The translations under genes were made by a program, and so were the position numbers. Positions 19,001-27,960 of a DNA stretch of 64,000 nt are shown here, piece after piece. The notes beneath the pieces were generated by a model that made no database searches, was not told where the DNA came from, and saw only the letters and a program-made list of their open reading frames with translations. Numbering within the stretch: the stretch's first letter is position 1; each line of letters opens with the position of its first letter. Source of the DNA: a virus; the UHGV virus genome UHGV-0092003; one strand, written 5' to 3'.

Positions 19001-22000
19001 AGCAAGCGCGTTGAGCAATCTGTCCACGACAGTTTCTCAGCAGGGAAGCACCGTAACTTCTCAGGGTGCGGCAATCACAAAGCTGCAAAATGATTTAAGC
19101 TCCACAAAAACCGATGTCTCGAAAAAGGCTGACTCGACGGCGTTGCAGACGCTGCAGAACACCGTTACTGATCAGGGTAAAACGCTGACCAGCCAAGGCA
19201 ATGCAATCACGGCTTTGACCGGCACCGTTGACACGGTAAAAGGTGATGTGGCTAAGAAAGCGGATGCGACGGCTTTGAATAACCTTTCTACTCGGGTTAG
19301 CAATGCTGAAGATAAGATCAGCAGCAGCAGTGACGCCATCACTTCGCTGAACAACTCGCTGAATCAGCAGTCTAAGCGCGGCGCAAACATCTTGCCAGAC
19401 GGGACGTTCGAGAGCTATTCGAGCGGGTACAATATCACCAATGGTCGCGTCATCGTGACTACTGACGATTCTCACGGCGGAAACAAATGCATCCGTGTGA
19501 CGCGTCCGAACGACTACAATCCCAATGCAACTGACAACAGTGACAACCACATCTTCAGCGGCTTCCAGGTTCGAGATAATGCGGTGTTTTATGTTGAGTG
19601 CTGGGTTAAGTTGGATGCCAAGAGCACGACGATGGATGGTTCGGTGCAGATTGCGATCGGCATGTCGTTGCAGTATCAGGATAACTCCTGGCAGTGGCCG
19701 GCACTCATTAAGTCGGCAAAAGATCTGTCCGCAGACACCTGGACGAAAGTCAGTGGCTATCTGAAGAGCAGCAAGAGCGGTATCAAACAGGCGATGGTAC
19801 GGATCTCCATGCCAAACGTATCGGCTGTTAAGGCGGGTAACTCCTTCCTCGTCGATGATTTTGTCATTACCGACGTGACAGACGCCTATAATGCCCAGCA
19901 GACGGCTGATGCCACTGCGAGCGCGGTATCAACGCTTCAGACGACTGTGTCCAAGCAGGGCGACAGCATCACCTCGCAGGGCGACAGCATCACAACCCTG
20001 AATAATGGTCTGGCTACGGCGAACAAAGCCATTGGCACCAAGGCTGATGCCTCCGCGCTGTCATCGCTGCAAAACACCGTTACCCAGCAGGGTAAAGACG
20101 TTGCTGCCAACACCAGCAATATCACTGCGCTGTCAAATCAGGTTGTCAACGGCAAGCAGAACACCTGGTCGCGACGTATTTACAAATGTCAGCTATCTAA
20201 CTCTGCCACTGAGCCTACATTTAGCGATATCCAAGGGCTTTCTCCGGTCTTTATGGATGAAGTGGCCGACGCAGCTAAAATGGACTTCTCTGGCGCTGGG
20301 TCGTATGTGGTTGCGCATTATAAGGCAATGGTTCGTGTTGCTGCGGATACCACAATCGCCGTATCACCTGGCTCTCGTGTGTTTGATGACTCCGGTGCGG
20401 TGTATGTGAATGGTGTTCGTCAGGCTGCTGCGTTGGCTGGAACAGCTGTACTCAATTTCACACTGTCCGCCGGCTGGAATACTGTAGAGTTTCTGATTAA
20501 TCAGTGGACCGGTAATGCCTATGTCAATCTGGGCTTCAAGCTGGGCGACAAGGTTGCCGAGCTGTATTCTGGTCTGGGCGTCTCTTCACTGTCTTCGGCG
20601 CTGAACTCGATCACCTCCAACGTCAGCAAGGTGGGTGATCAGGTTTCCAGCAACAGCACGGCGATCACCTCTCTGAAGAACGGTCTGAGCGATACCAACT
20701 CTACCGTTGCGAAGAAAGCAGACGCCACGGCATTGCAGACGCTGCAAAACACCGTCACCCAGCAAGGCAAGGATATCGCAAGCCAGAGCGACAGCGTGAC
20801 GAACCTCAGCAACGCACTCAATAATGTTTCTATTGGCGGTGTCAACCTGATCAAAAACTCAGGCGACATGACCGGCTGGTCTGGTAAAACCAATGAGATC
20901 TTCCGTGGCAATGCGGTGATTAGTGCGACTTCAAAAGCTGGTAGCTCTTACCGAGATCTCAAAGAGATCATTCTCGACGCTCCAGTCGACAATGCAGAGT
21001 ACGTTTACAGTTTCTTTGCAAAAGGCGGTGAGAACGGCCAGAGCATGACCGCTTACTTCTACAATCCTAACTCGACGACATCTAGTGTTAGTAGCCAAGG
21101 TGTGTCAGGCGGTGATGTCGATGGTCGTATGTCATTCACTTTGACAACTGAGTGGGTTCGTTATTGGGTTAAGTGGAAGCAGAAGCCGGGAACTGGATCT
21201 AAGAGACTAATCCTTGCTCGCATCCAGGCATCTTCGACGAAAGATCAGACCGTCTCTATCACCAGCCCTAAGCTGGAAGTTGGCAATATGCCTACAGAGT
21301 GGTCTCCGGCGCCGAGCGATATGGCATCGTCTAACGATCTGTCATCGCTGAAGACTACGGTTGACGCGAATAGCGGCGCTATTCAGTCTGTGACCTCTCG
21401 CGTCCAGACAACTGAAGACAGCATCTCCACGCAGAATACCGCGATCACTAAGCTTCAGAGTGATTTGTCGAGCACCAACAATCTGGTTTCGACAAAGGCT
21501 GATTCAGCTGCGCTTCAGACACTGTCAGGTCGCGTAGATAAGACGGAATCCAGCATCAGCACGCAGAACGATGCAATAACCAAGCTGAACAGCAGCCTTG
21601 ATACCACAAATAAAGCTGTGGCTAAAAAGGCGGAGCAGTCGTCTCTCGATACGCTGAGCGGCCGGGTATCCAGCACTGAAAATGGAATCACGGCGGCGAA
21701 CTCCAGCATCACGTCTCTGAATGCGGCTATTCGCGCAGAGAACGCGAGCAGTGGGGATTTGATTACCAACCCTACATTTGACCCTCAGTACGCTCAGATG
21801 GGATTTACCGTCGTCACAACCGACACTGATGGTGTTCCAGCAAACTGTCCATTCAAATATGCGGCTAAACTTGCGTCCCGTGACCATCATCCAAACTTCA
21901 ACACCATTGTCGCAACGCTGGGCGATGTGTTTGAAATTTCTGTGCTGGTGGCGTGCGGCGCTGGGAATGCTGACTTTAACCTCTATATTGGCACAGCAAA

Positions 22001-25000
22001 CGGCCCAACTGGTGGGATAGGTGGCCCGCTTTATAATGGCGGAAATACCAAAGCTACAAGCACCTGGACTCGCGTAACATGGAAGTTCACTGTTAGCCAG
22101 GCAATGGTTGACAAAGGCTACATTCGTCCGTTCCTGCAAATCAACCAGTCTTCACCGTTCGGCACGATCTGGTATGTGACTGACTGGCATATGCGCAACA
22201 TCACTGCGGCATCTAAGGCGCAGGATACGGCGAATGCCACCTCTAAGGCGGTCGATTCTCTGACGTCCACAGTGAACCAACAGGGCAGCGATATTTCCTC
22301 GATCGGCTCTCGCACAACGTCGCTTGAGAATGGTCTTAGCACTACCAACGCTAACGTCGCGAAGAAGGCTGATGCTTCAGCTCTGCAAACACTCCAGAAC
22401 TCGGTGACGCAGCAGGGTAAAGATATTTCCAGCCAGGGCACTCGTGTGACGTCCATCGAGAATAGCCTGACGTCTGGTGCTAACCTCATCCCTAACGCCA
22501 AGATGCTCAATGGCGCACAGGGATGGGCTGGGGCGGCGACAACTGTCGACGGTTATGCGGCGGCAGAAAGCTCGTCTGCATGGCAACCAAGCTCACCACC
22601 GTTTGAAGTGACACCGGGCGATACGCTGGATTTAAGCCTGATGTGTCTGGCAAATGCGGCAATTACTTTCGCCTGGGGATTGCGTTTTGACGGACCTAGT
22701 CTCAGCAATAAAACCGTCTACACAAACAACTTGAGTTATCAAGCTGGTGAGAAGAAGGCTGTAAGCGGTACGATTGTCGTTCCTGCCGGCGCGACCACAG
22801 CACGGCTGCAACCGAACACCGGCGCTACCGCGAGTCTGACCGTCTATAACGTCGTCGTCACTCGTCGAGACGCAGGAACTATGGCCAACAGCTCCGCTAT
22901 TGACTCGCTGACCAGTACGGTTAAGACGCAGGGTGACACGCTTAGCTCGATCGGAAGTCGCACAACTTCGCTGGAAAATGGGCTGAAGAGCGCTAACAGC
23001 GCTCTCTCACTGAAAGCGGACGCGTCGGCACTGTCATCGCTGACAAATACCGTGACCCAGCAAGGCAAGGATCTGGATGCAGCAGAAGCCAATATAACTG
23101 CGGCGAACACCAGCATCACCTCCATGCAAGCGTCACTGACTCGTCGCACTGTATTTACGGTAACGGCGAAAGGCAACGGTAACAGCGCTAATCACGGTCT
23201 CTTTGATGAGTCAGGTAAAAATCTGTTTACGCCTGGTCGTAGCTATGCGCTGATCACGTTTAAAGCGAATAGCGACGGCTCGACGGTCATTAATACCAGC
23301 AAAACCTATGACGTTTTTGGCTCTGCCAACAACGGGAAGGCGATGTCTGACGATATTGCTGCTCTGGCTAATGGCGTTTACGTTTGCGTGATGACTTATG
23401 ACGAGCCGACGGGTCAGCGTAATTCGATTGCATCTGCCTTAGAGTTGCTCGGTGGCACAACTGAAGTTATTAACTCTCTGCCATATCGCGGCGCGTACAT
23501 TCTCCTTGGCCGTAAAGGCATGAAGGCCGGCGACGGTCTGGAGTTACGCGCACCTACAGGTGGTGACTCCAGCGCATTTATTTCCACGTCCGTTGAGTTT
23601 GTGAACGGGGTAATGATGGGGTTGGGCGCCGCCGGCGGTGTAATGATGAAGGCGGATGCGAACGCCAGTGCAATCACCACTCTGCAAAATACCGTAACGC
23701 AGCAGGGCAAGGATATTACATCGGCCAGTAGTGCGATCACTAACCTACAGAATGGTCTCAATACGGCCAATGGGGATATCAACAAAAAAGCTGATGCGAC
23801 TGCTCTTTCCGCGCTTCAGAATACTGTGACGCAGCAAGGTAAAGATATTTCCTCTCAGGGATCATCTTTAACCCAACTGACTAATAGCCTAAATGCGACT
23901 AACGACAGCATCGACGCGTCTGGTCAGATTCCTGGAAACATGATCACCAACGCCTCATTCGAGCGTGATAACGGTGGATATAGTACCTGGAGTGGCCCTG
24001 CTTCTGTCATGGTGGCACAGTCGCCGCGAACCGGTAGCAAAATACTGAAAATCGCGTCTGGTTCTCCCACTTTGGTTGGTCAGAAAATCACATATGTGAA
24101 GGGACGTACATACAAAATCGGCATGTGGGCGCGTCAGGATTCTAATACGACGATTAATGGTGGAACGAGTAACACAAAATTCAGGGTAGCGGATAGCACC
24201 GGACTTATTGCATCGTTTGGTTACGGCCCATTCACGACGTCTTGGCAGGAAATTTCGTGGGTCTGGAAAGCGACCAAAGACATGGTTGCAGACACACAGA
24301 TCACCGCCTATCTGACCGCCGGTGCGATGTATTTCGACGACTTCTACGTCATCGACATTACTGACCGCGTCGATCTGGATGCCACAACGTCCGCGGTTTC
24401 CGGTCTGACGACGAGAGTGTCCAATGCTGAAGGGGATATTTCAAATATCTCCAACAGCGTTACCAGCCTGAACAATAGTTTGAGCACGTTGAATAAGACA
24501 GTCAGCTCTAAGGCTGATGCCTCGGCACTGTCTTCGCTGCAGAATACCGTTACTCAGCAAGGAAAAGACATCTCATCGGCGAGCGAGAGTGTCACCAACC
24601 TTCAGAGCAGTCTCAACACGCTGAAAGTCCAGACCAACCCTTGGATCGACGGCACGTTTGAAACCTATGACAATAATCAGCAGATTGGCGGCAGCACTGC
24701 GGTTATTACTACGGATTTCAAGAGCAGCGGCAACAAATGTCTGAAGGTGACTCGCCCAGCGAATGCAAGTGGAAACTCCGATAAGACTATAGGTTCTTAC
24801 TCTGTTGTGCGTCAGAGCGCCAAGTACCGCGTTGAGTTCTGGGCAATGATGCCGGCTGCAGAAGCGCCACCGTCTGGTTGGTCTGTGGCCGTAGGTCTTC
24901 ACTCCATCAACAAAGATGGTGGGAATGACTGGCAGGGCATCACGTTCAATGAGGGTAGCCTCGGCGGGCGCGATAAATGGGTGAAATTTACAGGGGTGGT

Positions 25001-25967
25001 AAGCCTGAGTGCATCGGTGACTCGTAGCCATGTGTGGATTTCGACCCGTGGTCAAAGTGGATCTAATACACCTGGTTATAGCGTGTACATTGATGATTTC
25101 GTCATTACAGACGTCACTGACGCTGCAGAGGCGCAGCAAACGGCTAATGCTAATGCGACGGCCATTTCGTCTCTGCAAGCTAAGACGAGTGATCTGGACG
25201 GGAAAATCACGGCGCAGACCAGCCAACTGACGTCGATGCAGTCGAAGGTAGACGCGTCTTCTTCGAAAGTGGATCAGCTGTCTAAGACCATTTCGGACAG
25301 TCAGAGCACTCAGGCATCGTTGAACACCAGTCTTCAGTCTCAGATTGATGCTCAGGCTTCGGCCAACATCAAAAACCAGGCTGATTTGAACTCGGCGACA
25401 ACGAGCATCGCGTCTATCAAATCGACTCAGGCGACTCAGGCGACTCAGATTAGCGCAATGGCAAAAACGCAGACTGACATGACCGCATCATTGAATAGTC
25501 AATCTGCATCTATCCAGACGCTGCAAGAGGCGGTCTCAAACAATGACGCGCTGAACAGTACCTGGATGGTGAAGATGGAAACCAACAACAACGGGCAGAA
25601 GTATGCGGCGGGCATCGCTCTCGGTGTTGATGGCAAAAATATGCAGAGTCAGTTCCTGGTTCAGGCAGATCGATTCGCGCTAATTAACACCTCGAATGGC
25701 AATACGACGACTCCGTTTGTGATTGATAATGGTGTAACCTATATGAACGCGGCCTTCATCAAGGATGGGTCAATAGGTAGCGCCAAGGTCGGTGACTTAA
25801 TGAGTTCTAATTTCCAAGAAAATGTTAGAGGTTGGAGAATCTCTCGCGATGGAACGATGAACATCAATGGCTCTGGGCCGGGTAGTTCCAGAACCGTAAT
25901 CACGAACGGTAGGATCGAAGTTTACGACTCGAATAACCGTCTGCGCGTGAGAATGGGTATTTTCTAA
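13077..25967 (+). CDS. central tail fibre / host specificity protein J-like, giant (4296 aa)
   Basis: N-terminus and C-terminus align with lambda J (…GVTWWFRDG…, NSALVGLKINSEQFGS, WMVKMETNNNGQKYAAGIALG…QFLVQADRFALIN). About 3000 aa of inserted repeat modules. Confidence 0.9.
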   Translation: MEVPNFKKSRLSQLVAHGLIISGRGGSKGGGSSRTPVEANDTVNSRAMASVLDLLGEGVIGGLIDGAKSIFLNDTPLQNSDNSYNFSGVTWWFRDGSQDQSVIDGFDFIETPKSVGRQLKQTSQVNVSLDSADSDRVRVVMKFPSLRSIDKKSGDTNGTTVQFKFQIDAGNGGGFVDVVAEGESNATISLTAKKTGVYYRSYVLDLPKPAKAYTLRAIRLTEDHTDNSYLYDDTYIDSIGEIVNTSLNYPNSALVGLKINSEQFGSSMPTRSYLIKGLKIRIPSNYNADTNSYDGNWDGTFKLASSSNPAWILFDLLTNTRYGLGQFVQESMINIGELYQIGRYCDAYVDDGFGGKEKRFSINTQITSRQDAYRVVQDIAGAFRGMVYWAGGMVHITQDSPADPVMLFSNSNVVNGSFAYKGSARKDRYSVALITYNNKEDGYKQSVEYVEDQEAIKRYGIRKTESVAFGCTSRGQAHRVGLWTLYTSRMESDVITFAVGMDSVFLMPGDIVLIADKFRAGRRNSGRITGYTSNSIKLDAPVDLTSVGNHITFLSAEGKMVGRDILENGKNITTVTFKTALSSNETPVSDAVWVIAQPDLTPLQARVVSVAEGDDGTSFNITAIQNNPTKYEAIDSGAQLIPQNTTVLDPTFSKPSGLAITEGTYLSSPGNLSVSLTATWQGKSAQYYISWRRSDAGNVSNWKSERVTEEQFELRGVAENGQYDFQVYAVSVGGRKTDPISITYKVLGTMTAPDAPTGLTAVGDYRSIVLNWVNPASVDLDHIEVLASKTNDKSKAQLIAKVSGTTFSHNGLEDSVTWYYWVRAANKRGMLSALNSPLATTATTRDVLSFLQNKITESELGQALITDINSKAVATEVDAAIDDAKSQATNQVNSARAEAANAVSQAQKTLDSLIKQEVTDRKSAVADEARQRAKAIADEADARTKAISDEATARADAISKEVTARDKAIADEATARAKAVADEASARASAISDSIAVEANARAKAISDSASTLSAKIDKEASDRAAAVSALDTKTANALSSETSSRIAAISDEAKTRADSILQEQNSRKADISTLKTQVQTSTDSLAQQISQVAAGTGEQFDSLNIWYFDTSNEGWTEDDSGNTPMSVTSDGWLRSASSTASYRSPNYMAIDAAAYRFVKLRLKKVGSPVWAGKLFWIGTSEGGWSDARSLTINEPEYDANGVATLTIHDIDWRSSETIRRFRFDFLKNQDSTNYVQIDWIAVGRPTPGAGMAALQAEQTARANADAAEAANRNTLAVQIRGSYDGNDLSKVSSGLIFQEQQARVTADKAEATARQSLETKVNDSVSSINKSLDTLNTQDKAMASDISGIKSSLGNKADASALQTLKTTVDQQGSSISTQGQSITKLQNDLNTTNTNVGKKADQTALVSLQGTVTQQGKDITSANSSITNLKTSLDATNSNLAKKADASAVGDLSSRVSATEDKVSSQGDSIVQLNNSLNNALADSDASSKTPNNLIVNPSFERGTDGYIGVSSLSTVVDIQIPHVGTKALKIDPGSSVSPGQYIDFVKGRTYEIGVWAKQVSGTADNGQSNNKLRVGNSAGAPVFEVPFANLTVDWTKVSKRWKATETGSLPVTLSNYLTAGNRYFDDFYVIDVTDSVAIDANASALSSLQNTVTQQGKDISSQSTSITDLNNSLKTTNDNVAKKADSSAVQTLQNTVTQQGKDISAATSDISSLKNGLATTDGNVAKKADASALQSLQNTVTQQGKDLTSVGSRTTALENNLKATNDNVATKADASALSTLQNTVSQHGDSIASQSDSITSLKNSVGSMVNMGDNLVQDSSFDNGGQTFRTQQNSGTSGSIVAFGAFGENSAGVRMVKVNSTSPGLFANGKLPVPVNGARKYRYIVRAKGVSGAMNMLLRRWNFNGNTEGAYEDKNNTLTTDWQTITWDTSFSPKDGVNGQSFGIYCHPANAEIWIDSFQVFDITDAFNNDTTASALSNLSTTVSQQGSTVTSQGAAITKLQNDLSSTKTDVSKKADSTALQTLQNTVTDQGKTLTSQGNAITALTGTVDTVKGDVAKKADATALNNLSTRVSNAEDKISSSSDAITSLNNSLNQQSKRGANILPDGTFESYSSGYNITNGRVIVTTDDSHGGNKCIRVTRPNDYNPNATDNSDNHIFSGFQVRDNAVFYVECWVKLDAKSTTMDGSVQIAIGMSLQYQDNSWQWPALIKSAKDLSADTWTKVSGYLKSSKSGIKQAMVRISMPNVSAVKAGNSFLVDDFVITDVTDAYNAQQTADATASAVSTLQTTVSKQGDSITSQGDSITTLNNGLATANKAIGTKADASALSSLQNTVTQQGKDVAANTSNITALSNQVVNGKQNTWSRRIYKCQLSNSATEPTFSDIQGLSPVFMDEVADAAKMDFSGAGSYVVAHYKAMVRVAADTTIAVSPGSRVFDDSGAVYVNGVRQAAALAGTAVLNFTLSAGWNTVEFLINQWTGNAYVNLGFKLGDKVAELYSGLGVSSLSSALNSITSNVSKVGDQVSSNSTAITSLKNGLSDTNSTVAKKADATALQTLQNTVTQQGKDIASQSDSVTNLSNALNNVSIGGVNLIKNSGDMTGWSGKTNEIFRGNAVISATSKAGSSYRDLKEIILDAPVDNAEYVYSFFAKGGENGQSMTAYFYNPNSTTSSVSSQGVSGGDVDGRMSFTLTTEWVRYWVKWKQKPGTGSKRLILARIQASSTKDQTVSITSPKLEVGNMPTEWSPAPSDMASSNDLSSLKTTVDANSGAIQSVTSRVQTTEDSISTQNTAITKLQSDLSSTNNLVSTKADSAALQTLSGRVDKTESSISTQNDAITKLNSSLDTTNKAVAKKAEQSSLDTLSGRVSSTENGITAANSSITSLNAAIRAENASSGDLITNPTFDPQYAQMGFTVVTTDTDGVPANCPFKYAAKLASRDHHPNFNTIVATLGDVFEISVLVACGAGNADFNLYIGTANGPTGGIGGPLYNGGNTKATSTWTRVTWKFTVSQAMVDKGYIRPFLQINQSSPFGTIWYVTDWHMRNITAASKAQDTANATSKAVDSLTSTVNQQGSDISSIGSRTTSLENGLSTTNANVAKKADASALQTLQNSVTQQGKDISSQGTRVTSIENSLTSGANLIPNAKMLNGAQGWAGAATTVDGYAAAESSSAWQPSSPPFEVTPGDTLDLSLMCLANAAITFAWGLRFDGPSLSNKTVYTNNLSYQAGEKKAVSGTIVVPAGATTARLQPNTGATASLTVYNVVVTRRDAGTMANSSAIDSLTSTVKTQGDTLSSIGSRTTSLENGLKSANSALSLKADASALSSLTNTVTQQGKDLDAAEANITAANTSITSMQASLTRRTVFTVTAKGNGNSANHGLFDESGKNLFTPGRSYALITFKANSDGSTVINTSKTYDVFGSANNGKAMSDDIAALANGVYVCVMTYDEPTGQRNSIASALELLGGTTEVINSLPYRGAYILLGRKGMKAGDGLELRAPTGGDSSAFISTSVEFVNGVMMGLGAAGGVMMKADANASAITTLQNTVTQQGKDITSASSAITNLQNGLNTANGDINKKADATALSALQNTVTQQGKDISSQGSSLTQLTNSLNATNDSIDASGQIPGNMITNASFERDNGGYSTWSGPASVMVAQSPRTGSKILKIASGSPTLVGQKITYVKGRTYKIGMWARQDSNTTINGGTSNTKFRVADSTGLIASFGYGPFTTSWQEISWVWKATKDMVADTQITAYLTAGAMYFDDFYVIDITDRVDLDATTSAVSGLTTRVSNAEGDISNISNSVTSLNNSLSTLNKTVSSKADASALSSLQNTVTQQGKDISSASESVTNLQSSLNTLKVQTNPWIDGTFETYDNNQQIGGSTAVITTDFKSSGNKCLKVTRPANASGNSDKTIGSYSVVRQSAKYRVEFWAMMPAAEAPPSGWSVAVGLHSINKDGGNDWQGITFNEGSLGGRDKWVKFTGVVSLSASVTRSHVWISTRGQSGSNTPGYSVYIDDFVITDVTDAAEAQQTANANATAISSLQAKTSDLDGKITAQTSQLTSMQSKVDASSSKVDQLSKTISDSQSTQASLNTSLQSQIDAQASANIKNQADLNSATTSIASIKSTQATQATQISAMAKTQTDMTASLNSQSASIQTLQEAVSNNDALNSTWMVKMETNNNGQKYAAGIALGVDGKNMQSQFLVQADRFALINTSNGNTTTPFVIDNGVTYMNAAFIKDGSIGSAKVGDLMSSNFQENVRGWRISRDGTMNINGSGPGSSRTVITNGRIEVYDSNNRLRVRMGIF

Positions 25968-26011
25968 AACAAACCGCCCGCAAAAGTGGGCGGTATCTCA
26001 AGGAAGAGATA
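25965..26011 (+). promoter_or_regulatory. conserved hairpin+RBS element, copy 2 (CCGCCC…GGGCGG + ATCTCAAGGAAGAGA)
   Basis: Same architecture and identical 15-mer as the copy at 10532–10582. Confidence 0.5.
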
Positions 26012-27553
26012 ATGTCTATGTACGAAGTCGGCACTGTTACTGGTGCTGCAAATCAGGCGAAAGTGACCGGCGCCACAACAAAATGGTCTAACACTGCTCT
26101 GGGTATTCAGCAGGGTTCTATTCTGGTCGTTTATCGTAGCGGCAATGCAGATCTATATGCAATTAAGTCAGTGGATAGCGACACCCAGATAACGCTAAGC
26201 AGAAATATCTCGGCGGCTTTCTCTGGCGCATCTTATGGCATCATCACGTCAGAGACAGCCAGTACGTCAGCTTTCGCTAACCAACTCGCCAGTGCATTCT
26301 CTCTTTGGCGTAGTGTAGTCGAAGGGTGGTCTGCCGCCCTGACATCGACTGGTAACATTACGATGACAGACCCGATCACTGGAACATCAGTCACTGTTCC
26401 TGCGATTAAGGGAATGGCGAAGCTTGCCGGAGGTAATAATTTCACCGGCACACAAAGCCTGGATAGCGACGACTCAGGCTTCATTCTTGGAAAGAACGGC
26501 GATATTGGTCTGGTCAAGAAGAGCGGCACTTATGGGAAAGTCATGGTTGGAAAATCATCTCGATTCTCAGTCGTTCGAAGTGATCAAGACCGGATATCGG
26601 CAACTGATGGGCAGACTGAAATTTTTGGCGTTGAAGCTAACGGTGACGTCAAAGTCACGAATTCACTTTATGCCAAAGGCATTCTGCAAAGTGATTATCA
26701 GGTTAAAGCACAAAGTATCGAGCTTTCATTTTCCTCGCCTTACATCGATTTTCATTATGGGAATAGCGCAGCCGACTATACTCATCGAATTATTGCGGAT
26801 GATCCTGTGGCACTTGGTTTTGAATGCAGTATAAGAGTTTCCAAAAATATAAGAGCGCAAGAAGGTATAAAAGCAGATAAGTATATGCGCGCTGCGGGTA
26901 GAGCTGGTTTCATTGCGCAATATGACAGTGACCCCGGCGGAAATATCGGTGATATTCGAGTTGCCCCGATCTTGTGCAGCCAATTCGCAACTATAGGCTC
27001 TGATGGAAACGGGAACGCTGGCGCGAATTTTTGGTTTGAGGAACACATAGGTAATAACCACCGTTTGGTAACTCAGGTCAAGGGATATGGTGCGGCGGTT
27101 CAGTATTGGCATCATCGCAGCGATGGGATGATTTGGAATAGTCAACGTGGGGATGTGGCATGGGCTGCAACCTCTGATAAAAATCTCAAGCATGATATTA
27201 AGCCCACAGACGGTCGACAGTCATTGCAGAATATCAACGCTATGGATCTGGTTACATTTATCTATAACGACGATGAACGCCAGCGTCTGCGTCGAGGTGT
27301 AATTGCTCAACAAATTCAGAAAATTGACCCATGTTATGTGAAGGTTAGCAAAGGGGTGATAAACCATCCTGCCATCTTGGATGAAAGTGGTAATGAGATT
27401 GAGCCAGAACGTATGGAGACAATTGAAAAACTTGTACTAGACACTAACCCCTTGATGATGGACGCTATTGGCGCTATCCAGGTGCTGTCACGTGAGATGG
27501 AAGAAATCAGACGAGAGAATGCAGAGCTTCGCAATTTACTTACGCTTAAATAG
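26012..27553 (+). CDS. side tail fibre with C-terminal intramolecular chaperone (peptidase S74-type) domain
   Basis: C-terminal SDKNLK (SDxxxK) motif and GVIAQQIQKI segment typical of auto-cleaving chaperone domains of fibres and spikes. Confidence 0.7.
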   Translation: MSMYEVGTVTGAANQAKVTGATTKWSNTALGIQQGSILVVYRSGNADLYAIKSVDSDTQITLSRNISAAFSGASYGIITSETASTSAFANQLASAFSLWRSVVEGWSAALTSTGNITMTDPITGTSVTVPAIKGMAKLAGGNNFTGTQSLDSDDSGFILGKNGDIGLVKKSGTYGKVMVGKSSRFSVVRSDQDRISATDGQTEIFGVEANGDVKVTNSLYAKGILQSDYQVKAQSIELSFSSPYIDFHYGNSAADYTHRIIADDPVALGFECSIRVSKNIRAQEGIKADKYMRAAGRAGFIAQYDSDPGGNIGDIRVAPILCSQFATIGSDGNGNAGANFWFEEHIGNNHRLVTQVKGYGAAVQYWHHRSDGMIWNSQRGDVAWAATSDKNLKHDIKPTDGRQSLQNINAMDLVTFIYNDDERQRLRRGVIAQQIQKIDPCYVKVSKGVINHPAILDESGNEIEPERMETIEKLVLDTNPLMMDAIGAIQVLSREMEEIRRENAELRNLLTLK

Positions 27554-27572
27554 TTAGTAAGCATTTACTTAC
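27553..27572. promoter_or_regulatory. degenerate family-A palindrome (GTTAGTAA-GCAT-TTACTTAC)
   Basis: 14/16 match to the family consensus; upstream of the lysis cassette. Confidence 0.35.
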
Positions 27573-27635
27573 CTTAATCTAAGGAATATGGTATAACCGG
27601 GTGAATTTTGGTTTGACAGTCATGGAGGGTTAACA

Positions 27636-27950
27636 ATGTCAAACGAAACGCCCGGTGTGAGCCACAAGGAGGTGGAGCGCATCGCTCAAATTGTCGCGAG
27701 AGAAGTTCTGCAGGGGCTTCGCGACGAGGTCGGGGAAGAGGTGGATAAACGACTGAAAGCGTATCTGGGGGATATGACCGCGACCCAGCACAGCATTCAG
27801 CACGCCAACCTGGACAAGTTACTAAACCGGATGGACGCAATTTCAAGCGGCTTCTTTGGTGGTGTCGTGTCCAAAGTCACTTCTTTCCTGATCACCGCCT
27901 TGCTGCTGGGACTGGCAGCTTATGGCGTAAAAAGCGGCATTGGAAACTAA
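27636..27950 (+). CDS. putative holin / lysis membrane protein
   Basis: Single C-terminal TM segment. First gene of the cluster with the endolysin-like and spanin genes. Confidence 0.3.
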   Translation: MSNETPGVSHKEVERIAQIVAREVLQGLRDEVGEEVDKRLKAYLGDMTATQHSIQHANLDKLLNRMDAISSGFFGGVVSKVTSFLITALLLGLAAYGVKSGIGN

Positions 27951-27960
27951 GGGGAAAAGG

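Noticed and set aside
13173-25230. Roughly 30 ORF-track entries on both strands inside the J-like gene, for example 15746–16186(−), 15844–16302(+), 18474–18926(−), 19095–19550(−), 21525–22139(−), 22118–22510(−) and 24573–25226(−)
   Set aside because: They are antisense or alternate-frame shadows of the 12.9-kb repeat-rich coding sequence. The low-complexity Ala/Ser/Thr-rich repeats keep off-frames open. They have no RBS and no independent support.
15840-25500. Possible CRISPR array suggested by many short DNA repeats
   Set aside because: The repeats are in-frame coding repeats of the fibre gene with variable spacing and divergent copies. There is no repeat–spacer regularity and no cas genes.
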